A stretch of 64,000 nt of DNA, from positions 102,114,001 through 102,178,000 of the forward strand of contig NC_043004.1 in assembly GCF_006345805.1 (NCBI RefSeq), given 5' to 3'. Of the stretch, positions 38,495-52,427 are shown one piece after another; within the stretch, counting starts at the first letter, position 1, and each line of letters starts with the position of its first letter. The notes beneath the pieces were generated by a model. The model did no database searches. It saw only the letters and a list, made by a program, of their open reading frames with translations, and was not told the DNA's origin. The position numbers and the translations under genes are program-made. This DNA is from Octopus sinensis (lineage: Eukaryota).

Positions 38495-39350
38495 GGATCT
38501 TTTCCTTTTGAACGGCACATGTCAACACAATTTCTAGTTAACTAAACACTTTTAAAACTTCGTATACTGGTAGAATGTGTCAAAATAAAACATTTTTTTC
38601 TCTTGGCTTTCTTGAAAAAATTGTAATTTGTTTGTTTAACGTAGTTTAATTTTTCGAATTTTAACCAATGAATCGCCTCTAGTGAGCTAAAATCATTTGC
38701 TGCGTCTAAAACTGAGACAACATCCTGTCACTAACCCTAACCCTCACCCTCACCCTAACCCTAACCTAAATTTTAGCCTTTCGTTTTTTTGGGGGGTTTT
38801 TTTTTTCTTAATTGTTACGCGTGTGTCTAAAATTATTCGTTTTGTTTTTATTTTGAATTTTTGCTTTCGTTTTAGCCTTTCGTTATGTATACGAACGGAA
38901 AGCGTGGGTATAAAATTATAGAATTATTTTGTTTGTTAATTGTTTAAATTATTTTCCATTGCTTTCGTTTTAGCTTTTCGTTTTTGTCTTTTTTTCTTAA
39001 TTGTTATCCTTAAATTAATTTAACAATTAAGAAGAAAAAAAGCCTAAGGCTAAAATTTAGGGTTAGGGTGAGGGTGAAGGTGAGTGTTAGGGTCAGGGTT
39101 AGGGTTAGGGTTAGTGACAGGATGTTGTCTCAGTTTTAGACGCAGCAAATGATTTTAGCTCAATTAGAGGCAATTGATTGGTTAAAATTCGAAAAATTAA
39201 ACTACGTTAAACAAACAAATTACAATTTTATCAAGAAAGCCAGGAGAAAAAAATGTTTTATTTTGACACATTCTACCAGTATACGAAGTTTTAAAGCGTT
39301 TAGTTAACTAGAAATTGTGTTGACATGTGCCGTTCAAAAGGAAAAGATCC
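38495..39350. mobile_element. fold-back DNA transposon F2 with internal telomeric repeats
   Basis: GGATCTTTTCC..GGAAAAGATCC; perfect 8-bp TSD AGAGAACC; CCCTAA-like tract 38731-38764 and TTAGGG-like tract 39057-39114. Confidence 0.92.
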
Positions 39351-39373
39351 AGAGAACCGATTGGACAATTTTC

Positions 39374-39411
39374 GTGTTGATGACACCTGTAAAATCGAAA
39401 TACGTGTCCAC
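39374..39411 (+). ncRNA. relic hammerhead motif
   Basis: GTG-TTGATGA..GAAA-TACGTG-TC-CAC; helix II lost. Confidence 0.35.
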
Positions 39412-39961
39412 TACTCTCATGTTATATCCAGACTATAAAAGACCTTTTCCTTGACGCCTTGTCACCTTTTGAGAGTTCTCGCTTCATGGGATTATCTTCC
39501 CCTTCTCATATGGAAACGGTCTTAGAAGAAGAGACAAGTTTAATAAATACAGAATTTATGTATGGTATTTAATATGCCTGTATTTGTCTATTTCTATAAC
39601 TTACATCGTCGAGACAAGGAACCCTTCCATTCATGCTGTTCTAGTTCTTGATGTTATAAAGGTTCAAAGTAAAAAGTCAGACGGTGATGGAAGGAATAAC
39701 CATTGCAGTTTATGGAGAGGCGGCTGGTGAGAGGAAATGGAAAAAGGGAGAAGAGATGAATTGTAAGGGAACAGAAGGAGAATGGGAGCGGAAAGCGAGA
39801 AGTTGTCCTTTATTGATTGTTACTGTGAGGCGCGCTCGGTGGATCAAGAAGTACACACGCGCACACGGACGCATACCGAAGGATACACTGATACACACAT
39901 TCTGTCTATATCAAAAAAAAAAATATTTGTGTGGGGGTGTACATATTTGTACGCACAATAA

Positions 39962-40790
<829 letters not shown>

Positions 40791-41000
40791 TATGTATTAT
40801 TTGATATTGCTGAACAGCTTGTTGGAAAAGAAACAAAAAATATTCATTATAAGTAAGATTTAACGTATACTGTAAAATTTATTGATAATATAATAATATA
40901 ATACTATCTGGACCCGTGAAAACTTCACGGAAAACATTAAAAAAATGTAAGCATCTGTAAACAGTGTACTGGTGCCATGAGAAATGTTTGCATATTATGA

Positions 41001-41135
41001 CCGTCTGTCTTTACGTTCTGAGTTCAAATTCTTCCGAGGTCGACTTTACCTTTCGGCCTTTCGGGGTCGATAAATTAAGTACCGGTTGTGTACTGGGTCG
41101 ATCTAATCATCTGGCCTCCTCCCCACGAAAATTTC
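41001..41135 (+). mobile_element. SINE family B (5' truncated)
   Basis: GTTCTGAGTTCAAATTC..GGGGTCGATAAATTAAGTACC. Confidence 0.8.
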
Positions 41136-41338
41136 AAGCCTAGAAAAGTATATTGTGACAGTTACAGAATATAGAAAGTAACGTAACACCAATGACTACA
41201 TTATCCAACCAAAATATCTCAGTTACACAAACGTAAACAGAATTACTATTTAACCTTAAAATACATCGTACATATTCAAAGAACCTTCTTGGTTTATTGG
41301 TACGGAACGTTTCTCTGGTATTCCTTTATTCTTTTACT

Positions 41339-41741
41339 GGAAAAGTCCGAGGTGGAGAGGAAGGACTTCCTGGAAGAGTCCGAGGATGGTGAGGAAGGGG
41401 AGAATGGGAGAATGGGAGGAAGAATTTCCTGGAAAAGTCCGAGGATGACGATAAAGGGGACGAAGGACTTCCTGAAAAAACCCGAGGATGGAGAAGAGGA
41501 GGAGGGGGAAGGACTTCATGGGAAATTCTGAGGAAGGGGGAGGGTAGGAAGGACTTGCTGGAAAATTCAAAGCAGGGGAGAATGAGGATGAAGGACTTCC
41601 TGGAAAAGTCTGAGGAGCGGGAGAAAGAGGAGGAAAGTCTTCTTGCTAAAGTCCGAGGAGTGGGAGGAAGGGGAGGAAGGACTTCCTAGAAAGGTCCGAA
41701 GGGGTGGGTACTTCCTGGAAAATTCGAAGGTGGGGAGGAAG
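41339..41741. repeat. purine-rich minisatellite with unit core GGACTTCCTGGAAAAGTCCGAGG
   Basis: About 9 variable units; flanked by a ~31-bp direct repeat (41308-41338, 41742-41770). Confidence 0.8.
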
Positions 41742-41761
41742 CGTTTTTCTGGTATTCTTTT

Positions 41762-41965
41762 ATTCTTTTACTTGTTTCAGTCATTTCACGGTGGCCATGC
41801 TGGAGCACCACCTTTGGTCGAAGAAATTGACCCCTGGACATATTCCCTGTAAGCATGATGCTTATTCTATCAGTCTCTTCTGCTGAGCAGCTAAATTACA
41901 GGGACGCAAACGCACCAACATCGGTTGTCAAACAATGCTGGTAGTGGGACAAACACACACACAAA
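41762..41965 (-). mobile_element. SINE family A 3' half (diverged)
   Basis: CTTGTTTCAGTCATTT..GGCCATGCTGGAGCACC. Confidence 0.75.
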
Positions 41966-41974
41966 CAAACACCT

Positions 41975-42044
41975 GCACATACATAAATACATGCATACAT
42001 ACATACATACATACATACATACATACATACATACATACCTACAC

Positions 42045-42077
<33 letters not shown>

Positions 42078-42127
42078 CACACATACATACATAAATACAT
42101 GCATACATACATACATACATACATACA

Positions 42128-42161
<34 letters not shown>

Positions 42162-42207
42162 CACACATACATACATAAATACATACATACATACATACCT
42201 ACACACA

Positions 42208-42239
<32 letters not shown>

Positions 42240-42297
42240 CACACATACATACATAAATACATGCATACATTCATACATACATACATACATACATACA

Positions 42298-42331
<34 letters not shown>

Positions 42332-42388
42332 CACACATACATACATAATACATGCATACATACATACATACATACATACATACATACC
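41975..42388. repeat. (CATA)n microsatellite
   Basis: Direct reading. Confidence 0.9.
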
Positions 42389-43134
42389 TGTATATGACTA
42401 TATGACAAGCTGGGAGTTAGTAGTGATGCGGGCTGGTGCGATTTTGTGGTTTGCTGGTATGCCGAGAGACATCCAGCGGGCCCCTAACTTGTTCCCCGAT
42501 CTTGAAGGTGTAATATGGATGTGTAATGATGGAGCGGCTGGTGTGATGGTGATGCTAGCTGGTGCGGTGGTCTTCTTCACAGTACTTCATGGTAGACAAT
42601 ATTTTGTGTGTATGTCACACCCCGTTTTTGGCCTTGACTGTTACCCCAATTGAGTGTCATAACTCTTACTTTGATATTGTTCATAGCTCGCACTCTTGAA
42701 AATGCCGACATATAATTTGGCCATGAGAAAATACCGGTTGAGGCAAATGTATTCCAACTTTTCCAAATGTTTGCTCTTGAGCCTAATTAATTGTCATTGA
42801 ATATGTAAGACGAAGTGGAAACTGAAGTCTGTTTAGTGAGAATGGAATATCTGCACTTGGGCTAAGCTTAATTCTGAGAATTTTTCTTTTCCATTTCTTC
42901 TGGCGTGCAGAAAATTCCTGTGTACAAATGTACAAATTGAAATGCAAAAAAAAAAAAGAAAGAAAACGGAAATAATAAATGGATTTATGAATTAAAGTTT
43001 GGTAATTGCGTTTATTTCCACCACTCTACACTTGTTATTGCAAACATGTTTTAACTAACCTGTACTATACACACACGCAAATACATTAGTGTACATGTAT
43101 GTATTTATGTATGTATGTATGTATGTATGTATAT

Positions 43135-43226
<92 letters not shown>

Positions 43227-43608
43227 ATATTATATATATATATATAAGAATAAAAGAAAATATATATTCTCGAGTTGTAACTGTGGAGTACTCAGCCATT
43301 TGTAAGTTAATTTTATTCTCGTGTGATAACGGAAAGTGAAATTGACAGCCAATATTTGCTATGTCTATGTATCTATGCATGAATTGTCTCTATCTCACTT
43401 TCTCACTCACTCTCTTTCTTTCTCTTTTACTTCCTCTCCCTCCTCCTCTCTCTCTCGCTTTGCCACTTCAAAGAAGTGAGTGTGACGCACACAACAGGTA
43501 CGTACAAAAACAAAAAGTTAGCGTATTGATATTATTGATAAACCACATGCGCGCGCACACACATACACGCACACACACAAACACCCACACACACACTACA
43601 TATATATA

Positions 43609-43664
<56 letters not shown>

Positions 43665-43969
43665 TGTGTACATAAATACAAATATATATGCATCCGCACG
43701 CACGCACACACATACACACACAGTTGTACGCAACTATACAACACACTCAACTGTACAGTTGTGCATGTTTGTGTATGTGCTCGTGTTTGTGTGTGTGAGA
43801 GTGTATTTATGTGTGCGTGTGTGTGTGTGCGTGTGTATGTGCGTGTGTATGTATCAAATATTCATTGAGGAAGTCACAGGAGCAACAAGTACACCGGAAG
43901 TACCGAGCTGAAGGAATTTGATGGGCGGTCAGGATGGAACAAGGAGTGTATAGAGACGAACGGTAGTAA

Positions 43970-44045
<76 letters not shown>

Positions 44046-44214
44046 AGAGGGGAAGATGAGGTTCACTGTTTTAGAAAATAGCGGGGGAGGGTGGCAGCGG
44101 AATTACCAAAAGGCAGACCACTGGGGTTTCTTAATTTGAAGGATTCGTTAGCGATTTCACTCATAAATTCGTATAATAAACTTCGTCTGAAGACACGTTT
44201 TTTTATCTTTCCTT

Positions 44215-44540
44215 TTCCTTTCTTCTTCTTCTTCTTTTTCTTCTTCTTCTTCTTCTTCTCCTTCTTCTTCTTCTTCTTCTCCTTCTTCTTCTTCTTCTTC
44301 TTCTTTCTTCTTCTTCTTCTTCTTCTTCTTCTTCTTCTCTTCTTCTTCTTCTTCCTCCACCTCTTCTTCTTCTTCTTCTCCTTCCTCCTTCCTCCGCCTC
44401 TTCTTCTTCGTCATCTTCTTCTCCTTCTTCCACCTCCTCCTCCTCCTCTTCTTCTTCTTCTTCTTCTTCATCTTCTTCTCCCCTCTTCCTCCTCCTCCTC
44501 CTCTTCTTCTCCCCTCTTCCTCCTCCTCCTCCTCCTCTTC

Positions 44541-44570
<30 letters not shown>
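44215..44570. repeat. (TTC/CTC)n mosaic then (CT)n
   Basis: Direct reading. Confidence 0.9.
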
Positions 44571-44571
<1 letters not shown>

Positions 44572-44686
44572 CCTCTCATTCATTCAGTTTACCTCATACG
44601 TTCTCTTTCAGTTCTCTCATTCAAACACATACACATACATACGCGCATTCATATGTATTCGAGATACATATTCTTTATACATGCAT

Positions 44687-44989
44687 GGAAGCGCGTGGCT
44701 TAGTTGCAAAGGTATTCGGCTGGCGGTCGTAAGGTCGTGAGTTCGATTCCCAGGAGCACAATGTGTCCTTGAGAAAGATATTTTATTTCACCTTGCTCCA
44801 GTCCACTTAGCTGGCAAAAATGAGTTATACCTATAGCTTTAATGGATCAGCCTTGTTATATTCGATGTGTCACGCTGAATCTCACTGGTACGCGTGTCTG
44901 TGGAGTACTCAGCCACTTGCTGGTTAATTTCATGAGCAGGCGGTTCATGATCGAATCAGCTGGAACTTTCGTCGTCGTACCCGACGGAG
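44687..44989 (+). mobile_element. SINE family C
   Basis: Homologous to the reverse complement of 27792-28084. Confidence 0.8.
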
Positions 44990-45079
44990 ATCCAGGATAA
45001 GCCATGTACATACATACTTTCTCTCTCTCTCTTTCTCTTCTCTCTTCTCTCTATCTATCTATCTCTAGATCTGGCACAC

Positions 45080-45179
45080 NNNNNNNNNNNNNNNNNNNNN
45101 NNNNNNNNNNNNNNNNNNNNNNNNNNNNNNNNNNNNNNNNNNNNNNNNNNNNNNNNNNNNNNNNNNNNNNNNNNNNNNN
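45080..45179. other. assembly gap (100 N)
   Basis: Direct reading. Confidence 1.
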
Positions 45180-45268
45180 AGAGTACACAGTTTTGTAACT
45201 TCTTGAGGAACCCCTGGACTGTACTGGCGGAAACCTAAGGTTCCGCGGAACCCTGGTTGAAAACCACT
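45180..45268 (-). mobile_element. one end of the 6323-type hAT MITE (rest lost in the gap)
   Basis: GGAACCCTGGTTGAAAACCACTG followed by CTCTAGAG. Confidence 0.75.
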
Positions 45269-45636
45269 GCTCTAGAGAATTCAAACCTTTGAAGAAATTT
45301 ACTTCCAGGTGTCTGTAGCATTGGCAATTTTACTTTGGACTAGATATAACCCAAAAGTCCTATATAAAACAGATCTTTTTCAAATACGATCTGAACTACA
45401 GGGAGATTGTTAAAGCTTCAAGATTTTACGTTTCCGGAATTTGCATAGTTCTCAGGGCAAAAGTTTGGTACCGGTCCGTCTAAGATCTCCCTGATATGTA
45501 TTATTTACACAGACACAGTTCACGTAACATAGCTAAAGGAATCTTGTAAGTTTGCTCGATTGGAATGCAAAAAACAATTGCAATATGAATTTTGCCATTG
45601 TTAACATTTTTGTTGATTTTTCCTTCTTTTCTTTCT

Positions 45637-45720
<84 letters not shown>

Positions 45721-45888
45721 TTTGTTTTTACTTGCAAAAATGCTGCAAAAATGTTAACCAATCTCTTGAAATATTTTGAATGTTTTGAAAATGGTTTTTG
45801 AGATGTGCATTAATGGGTAGTAGAATGGACAACTTAGCTTTTGCCGTTCCAACTAAGTAATTCTAGCTATGAAGAACAACACAGGATG

Positions 45889-45936
<48 letters not shown>

Positions 45937-45965
45937 CAGACAGACAGATAGATAGATAGATAGAT

Positions 45966-46040
<75 letters not shown>

Positions 46041-46373
46041 CACGTAACCGACCATTTTATCAAATGTTGTTACTCGTCACTGGTCACAATGCGTTTTGCA
46101 TCGCTTTAGCCCTCGTATGACGCCACCTCGCTGACTAGGTGAGCAAGGCAACATTCCCCTCTGATCGATAGGGGGACTGGAGTAACGTGAAATTAAATGT
46201 TTTGTTCAAGAATGATTGTAACTTGATTCCATCACCAGATATTACCAGCCTCCGTCTTCAGGGAATAATTTTACATTTGAGGTGTTGACAGAATGGAGTT
46301 TAAAGATCGACTTGTCTAATTTGCTTGTCCTTAATTTATATTATATATATATATATATAATAATATATATATA

Positions 46374-46877
46374 TAACGGGAAGCTTTATGAAATAAACAA
46401 AAGACGAAGGCAGGTGGAAAACAAACGAACAATTGATTAGTATGGCGCTCAGGAAATATAAATAAAACAAGTCTTTAACGTTTCGAGCCTACGCTCTTCA
46501 ACAGAAAGATACACAGAGAGAGAAAAAAACAGAAAGAAGGAGAGAAAAAAAATGCGTGCAGTAGCTAACGAATCAACATGGCGATCTGATTTCGGCCAGA
46601 GGTCAAAGATCAAACATGAGACGCGAGAGAGCGAAATAAGGGGAGATAATAGGGTTGATAAAAGGGTTGAGGGACCAGCTAAAAGTGCGTGGGAGGGGTC
46701 TGGATGTGTGTATGTATAGGGTTGGTTATGTATTAGTATGTATAAGGGTGGGTGTGTGTGTGTGTGTGTGTATGAGAGAGGTATTAGTGCGTAAGATGGT
46801 CTGGACGTGCGTATGTATGGGGTTGTGTATGTATTAGTATGTATTAGTATGTATTAGTACGTATTGGTATGTATTAT

Positions 46878-46908
<31 letters not shown>

Positions 46909-48137
46909 TATAAGTGCGTATGCGGGGTCTGGACGTGTGTATGTATAGGGTTGGTGTGTAAGTATTAGTATGTACTAGTATGTATTAGTACGTATTAGTA
47001 TGTATTAGTTGGTGTGTGTATTAGTATGGCACATCATATGTGATGTGATGTGTAAAGTCATGTGTGTAGTGAGGAGAAGAGGGGGAGGGGAGAAGAGGGG
47101 GAGGGGAAGAAGAGGGGGAGGAGAAGGGGGGAAGAGGAGAGGATGGGGAGAAGGAAGGGGATGAGGGGGATGAAGGAGGAAAGAGGTAGAGGGGGAGAGA
47201 GAAGGGGAGAGAGGGAGTGAGGGAGCAGAGGGAAGGGGGAAGAGGGGGAGGAGAAAAGAGGGAGAAGGAAGGGGAGTAGGGGTGAAAGGATGAAGGACTG
47301 AAGAAGTAGGGGTCGGGGGAGGGGAAAGATAGGTGAGGAGGGGGGTGAGGTTAGATGAGGAGGGTGGGAGAGAGTTGAGACCAAATGGCGTATAAGAGCG
47401 AAGAGAGAAGATTAATTCCTGTTCACGGCGCAAACGGGAATCCGGATGGCCTCTGTGTAAGGACAAACCGAACACAGATAGGTGTTGCAAGGAAGGAGTG
47501 ACCGGTGGAGCGGAAATGGCGTGAGACCGGTGTGTTCGTTCGCAAGGTGGATGTCACGAAGGTGTTCCGCGAAACCGGTCAGCCAAGCGGCGTCGTCCCG
47601 TTTGTCCGATGTACAAGAATTGCAGAGAGAGCAAGAGATGCAATAGATAATATTGCTGGAGGTGCAGGTGAAGGAGTGGATGATGGGATAGGGTCGATGG
47701 TGGGTGCTAGTGAGGCGGGTGGTGTTGGAGAGGTAAGGGCAGTGCGGCAACGTGGGCGGGAGCAGGGGAACGAGCCGGGTTGGGAGGGTAGGGTCAGGAA
47801 GGAGCTATGGACCAAAAGGTCTCGAAGGTTGTGGGCTCGTTTGAAAGAGGGGAGGGGTCGGTTAGGGAAGAGGTGTGAAGTGGACGGGTCGGACTGGAGA
47901 TGACGGAAAGCTCGAAGAATGGTGCGTTGGAGACGTAGGGTCGTGGGGTGGTAAGTGAGGGGAAAAGGGAGGCGGGAGACTACAGGGCGGGTTCGGGGAG
48001 AGAGAGCAGATACACGGTCCACGGACCGTGCTCTGGCAAGGGCGTGTGTGTGGTAGTGGTGAGGGGGTATCCACGTAGGGTGAAGTGGTGGAGCCATACG
48101 TTGAGACTGAGTTCAAAGTCATGGTCGTCACTACAGA
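46374..48137 (-). mobile_element. 5'-truncated Penelope-like element: post-RT linker, GIY-YIG endonuclease, 3' UTR and pLTR
   Basis: LPFPLTYHP..FKRAHNLRDLLVHS..GSFPCSRPRCRT; FTCTSSNIIYCISCSLC..FAEHLRDI; LRSYTPFGLN; frameshifted. Confidence 0.9.
46472..46509 (-). ncRNA. minimal hammerhead (CUGUUGA core) in the PLE pLTR
   Basis: Reverse complement TCTTT-CTGTTGA-A-GAGC(GTAG)GCTC-GAAA-CG-TT-AAAGA. Confidence 0.7.
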
Positions 48138-48162
48138 GCCTATAGATATATATAATATATAT

Positions 48163-48196
<34 letters not shown>

Positions 48197-48197
48197 G

Positions 48198-48281
<84 letters not shown>

Positions 48282-48645
48282 TATGTGTATGTATGTATGT
48301 ATGTATGTATGTATGTATGTATGTATGTATGTATGTATGTATGTATTGTATTGTATAGGGAAGGACCATTCTGAGAATAAAAATATAAAAATAGGTACAA
48401 TGATTGTAAATAACAATAACAGGGAAATATTTTTGAAAAGAAATCGAAACGGTGAAACATTATTCTTATATCAAGACATATTGGGAGAAATTGTCTTAAC
48501 TGAAAATGTTAAGCCACTTCAAACCTAAAAACTGAGCCAAAACACGGTTAGGAATTGTCAGACATAACCCTGGCTATATATTTGGGCCTCAGTACGTGTG
48601 TCAAAGACATACAGCGGGGACGGTAAAAGACACTGGAAACGTTGT

Positions 48646-48775
48646 AGATCCGTGGCTAATTGTCACTTTTGTATTCGAGAGTGGTGGAAGATCCGTGGCT
48701 AATTGTCACTTTTGTATTCGAGAGTGGTGGAAGATCCATGGCTAATTGTCACTTTTGTATTCGAGAGTGGTGGAA
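48646..48775. repeat. 43-bp tandem repeat x3
   Basis: Units start at 48646, 48689 and 48732. Confidence 0.9.
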
Positions 48776-48947
48776 AGAAAGTTAGCGAAGATAACATGTG
48801 GTCAGAGAGCATCAAAATGAATTTGCAAGAACTAATGACCCACGAAGTCCACAGAGCCGTGATGGAACTGTTACCAATAGAAGAGGCAGAGAGAATGGGT
48901 ATGAGATCAATGATACAGGGCAAAAAGCCGAGTTGCTATATATATAT

Positions 48948-49147
48948 ACTCTTTTACTTGTTTCAGTCATTTGACTGCGGCCATGCTGGAGCACCGCCTT
49001 TAGTCGAGCAAATCGACCCCGGGACTTATTCTTTGTAAGCCCAGTACTTATTCTATCGGTCTCTTTTGCCGAACCGCTAAGTGACGGGGACGTAAGCACA
49101 CCGGCATCGGTTGTCAAGCAATGCTAGGGGGACAAACAGACACGCAA

Positions 49148-49202
<55 letters not shown>

Positions 49203-49375
49203 TTATATAATACGACAGGCTTCTTTCAGTTTCCGTCTACCAAATCCACTCACAAGGCTTTGGTCGGCCCGGGGCTATAGCAGAAGACACTTGCCCAAGA
49301 TGCTACGCAGTGGGACTGAACCCGGAACCATGTGGTTGGTTAGCAAGCTACTTACCACACAGCCACTCTTGCGCC
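48948..49375 (-). mobile_element. SINE family A
   Basis: Full-length match. Confidence 0.9.
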
Positions 49376-49442
49376 TGTATATTCGTAGTAAAAAAGAAAT
49401 TTTAAAAAGTCATCTTAAAGCCGAATCTCCTGAAGAACTGGA

Positions 49443-49494
<52 letters not shown>

Positions 49495-50507
49495 CGATCA
49501 ACTTACAACAGCTAAAGGAACTACAAACCTCGTTTTTCATACTATTATCAGCTGAATCTGTGGAGACACCAATTGAATTATTTTTATGCTCAGTATTAGA
49601 AATAGTTAAGCAAACATCTCGTCCCCTGACGATGCCTACTCGTAGCAATGCTCCGTCATCGTACAATGAGAAGGAAATAATAGTAACGAACAAGAACCTA
49701 TTAACCATCCGTAAAAACATGAAAGGAAAAGTAATCTCAAAGACAGTTGAAAATATAATGAAGGAAGAACAATCTCTTTCAAAGCAAATGGAGGGGACGA
49801 AAAAGAACTAAGATCCACCACTCTTTGAGAATCTATGAAAATCAAAATCACGCATCTGTAGTGCTACACATCTGTAGTGCTTTCCCAAGAAGTTAGAATG
49901 ACACAAAACAATTACTTTATGATATAAACAACGTGCAAAAGATAGATTAATAGTAAAATTAAAAGTCGCTACACCGAACTTAAAGAGAATATCCCGAAGA
50001 TGTTGAGAGCTTTTCAATATCAAATGTCTCAAAAAATGCATTCCCACATAATCTGGATGCATTCGTACATAATTTGAGAAGCGGTTAAACGAATGGAGTC
50101 GGAGAGTGCCTAACTCAAACTGACCAGTAATCTTTTATTTATTTTTTTTGCTTTCATTATATCTTGTTTAAATTATATCTTTCTTGATTATATCCTGTTT
50201 CATCGCACTTTATAAGTTTATTTCAGTGCAAACACACGTTCGTGGTTGCGTTCTTTATATAGAACTTTAACATCTATTTCACCCCCCTATTTCTATAAAT
50301 AGAAAATCTTTCTTGTCTCCTTTCAATTGTTCATTCTTCTCAAAACCTTCTAGCAGTTCAAAACAACTGAATATTCTTCAGTCAGTTGATAAACTCCACT
50401 ACCTTAAATGTTCTTAAAATTTAAATCCACATCTTTGTCTATATATCTACCTTCTCTATAATGTTATCAATTGATATGAAAATTATGTATTAATGGAAAA
50501 CCTCTAT

Positions 50508-50599
50508 TAATGGCTGATGAGTGCTTAGCATTTTAAAACTGTTGTAATACTTACAACATTTAATAAAATGATGTAGCGTGAAACGATCGTACCAAATTA
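50508..50599 (+). ncRNA. minimal type I hammerhead with a long rod-like helix II
   Basis: TGG-CTGATGA-GTGCT..CATTTTA..TGTTGTAA(TAC)TTACAACA..TAAAATG..AGCGT-GAAA-CGATCG-TA-CCA. Confidence 0.75.
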
Positions 50600-50740
50600 C
50601 CGAAGTTATTCTTGTTGCTTATTTTGATTATAACCACCCCATGGATTTATATGGATAACACCATACAAATTCTGGTGCATCTAACTTAAGTACCATATCA
50701 TTGAATCTAAATTTTGCTGAACTTATATATATATATATAT

Positions 50741-50781
<41 letters not shown>

Positions 50782-52427
50782 GTTGCTATTTGACGTTAAC
50801 TTTGTACCCAGAACAGTGGCCTTTGACCTCCTAAAGCAATAAAAACTGGAGACAAAATTCTTTCTGTACCAAAAAATAAGGTGTGCGCGTGTGAACGCTC
50901 ACACACACACACACACACCAGAAGTTTGTGTGTGTATATCTATCTATGTACAAAGGGGTTGAAAAAAGATATACCGTAAGTTTTTTTATGTGTTGTATTT
51001 TAGAGTCATCACAGCAGAGTCTGCTGTGGTGATTCAAAAATACAGCAAGCTGTAAGGGACTATGTTTGATTTTTGCAGATATTAAAGGTGTGTAGATTAG
51101 GAAATTTGATTGAAGAGATGGGCCTCGAAACAAAAAGTTGCAGGGGGCCTCTAAAAGTCATGCGACGGCCCTGACTCCGAGTAGCACCATCGCTAAGTCC
51201 ACTTCTTTTACAGAAATCTTCGCGAAGTTACTTAACCTCTATCACATTCTTGTATAATTTATTTGCTTTAATCATTTAAGTTTGATTTGAAATGAACAGG
51301 CGCATGAAAATGCAGTTCCATATGGAGATGTTACCAAGTTTATCAACATATTTAGCTTCAGTGGAAATCTCCTTAGTTTTGAGTAACACAAGTGTAGTCA
51401 AATATTGTATTTCCGATTAAAAGCTTATGAAATGTTTTTGTTGTACTAGCATCAGAGTTTTAGATTCATTACATTATTGATTAGCTCAATCAACTTGTTC
51501 AATGATCTTTAGATTTTGGGGACAATTTGAACATTTTTCAGTTATCCCGCCCATACCGAATTTTTTTTCAATTGTCTGTGTGTCCTACTGCTATCTAATG
51601 TTCCTTTTACCTGTTCTCTTTCTATGTGCATAATCCTTTCTACTATAGGCACAAGGCCTGAAATTTGGTGAGAAGTACTTAATTTATCGATTCCGAAAGG
51701 ATGAAAGGCAAAGTCAATTCTCTGTACATAATCTTTCCCATTTTAATAATTTTGTAGTTTTGATAATATTGTAGAACTCGCATTTGTCACATACCAATTT
51801 CAGATCACGATTCAATCGCAGTTTGGTCATGGTTATGTAACCGAGATCTTGTCCAATCAACGGCTATTGTTCACGTGATAGTTCTTTAGCCATTCTGGAA
51901 CTTTTCGTGTGCAAAGCCTATAACGACAGTCAATAAAGGCGCCAATCCCGCAAAGTGTTATTGCCATCAAGCCAGTATGACGTTCTCTACTCTCGCCAAT
52001 TTCAGAGTTTCTTGGGTGGAGCTTCAACTTGCACACTGTCAATAGCTGTTTTAACGACTGCGCATTCAATCGAGGATATCAAAGAAGTAGACATAACACG
52101 GCGCTTGTATATTTGCTTGATATGTTAAAACCAGTTCAAGTATAAAACTTCGAGCAGACATTTTCCTCGCACGTCATGCGCTATTTCCACCTTACCGCTC
52201 CTATCTATATATCGTAATGCAGGAACATCTTTTCACAGCACAATAAATTATATTCAAATGTTCGCTCGGTGTTGTGAAATCACTGCACGACTCTTTCTTT
52301 TAAACATTAAATTATTCAGTCCAATAACATTGGCATTCCGCCCCCATCCTCAACAACCATCAATGACTTTCAAGGCTGGAAATAGCAGCCAACAAAAGCA
52401 ACAACAGATTCATTGTAAAGTTAATAT

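Noticed and set aside
43893-43901. Canonical ETS motif ACCGGAAGT
   Set aside because: A single short motif between microsatellites with no associated exon.
49415-50062. Non-repetitive 70-100-aa ORFs on both strands
   Set aside because: No recognisable domain or convincing splice sites.
51857-52260. Possible second hAT zinc-finger remnant on the minus strand
   Set aside because: Similarity is too faint to support by eye.
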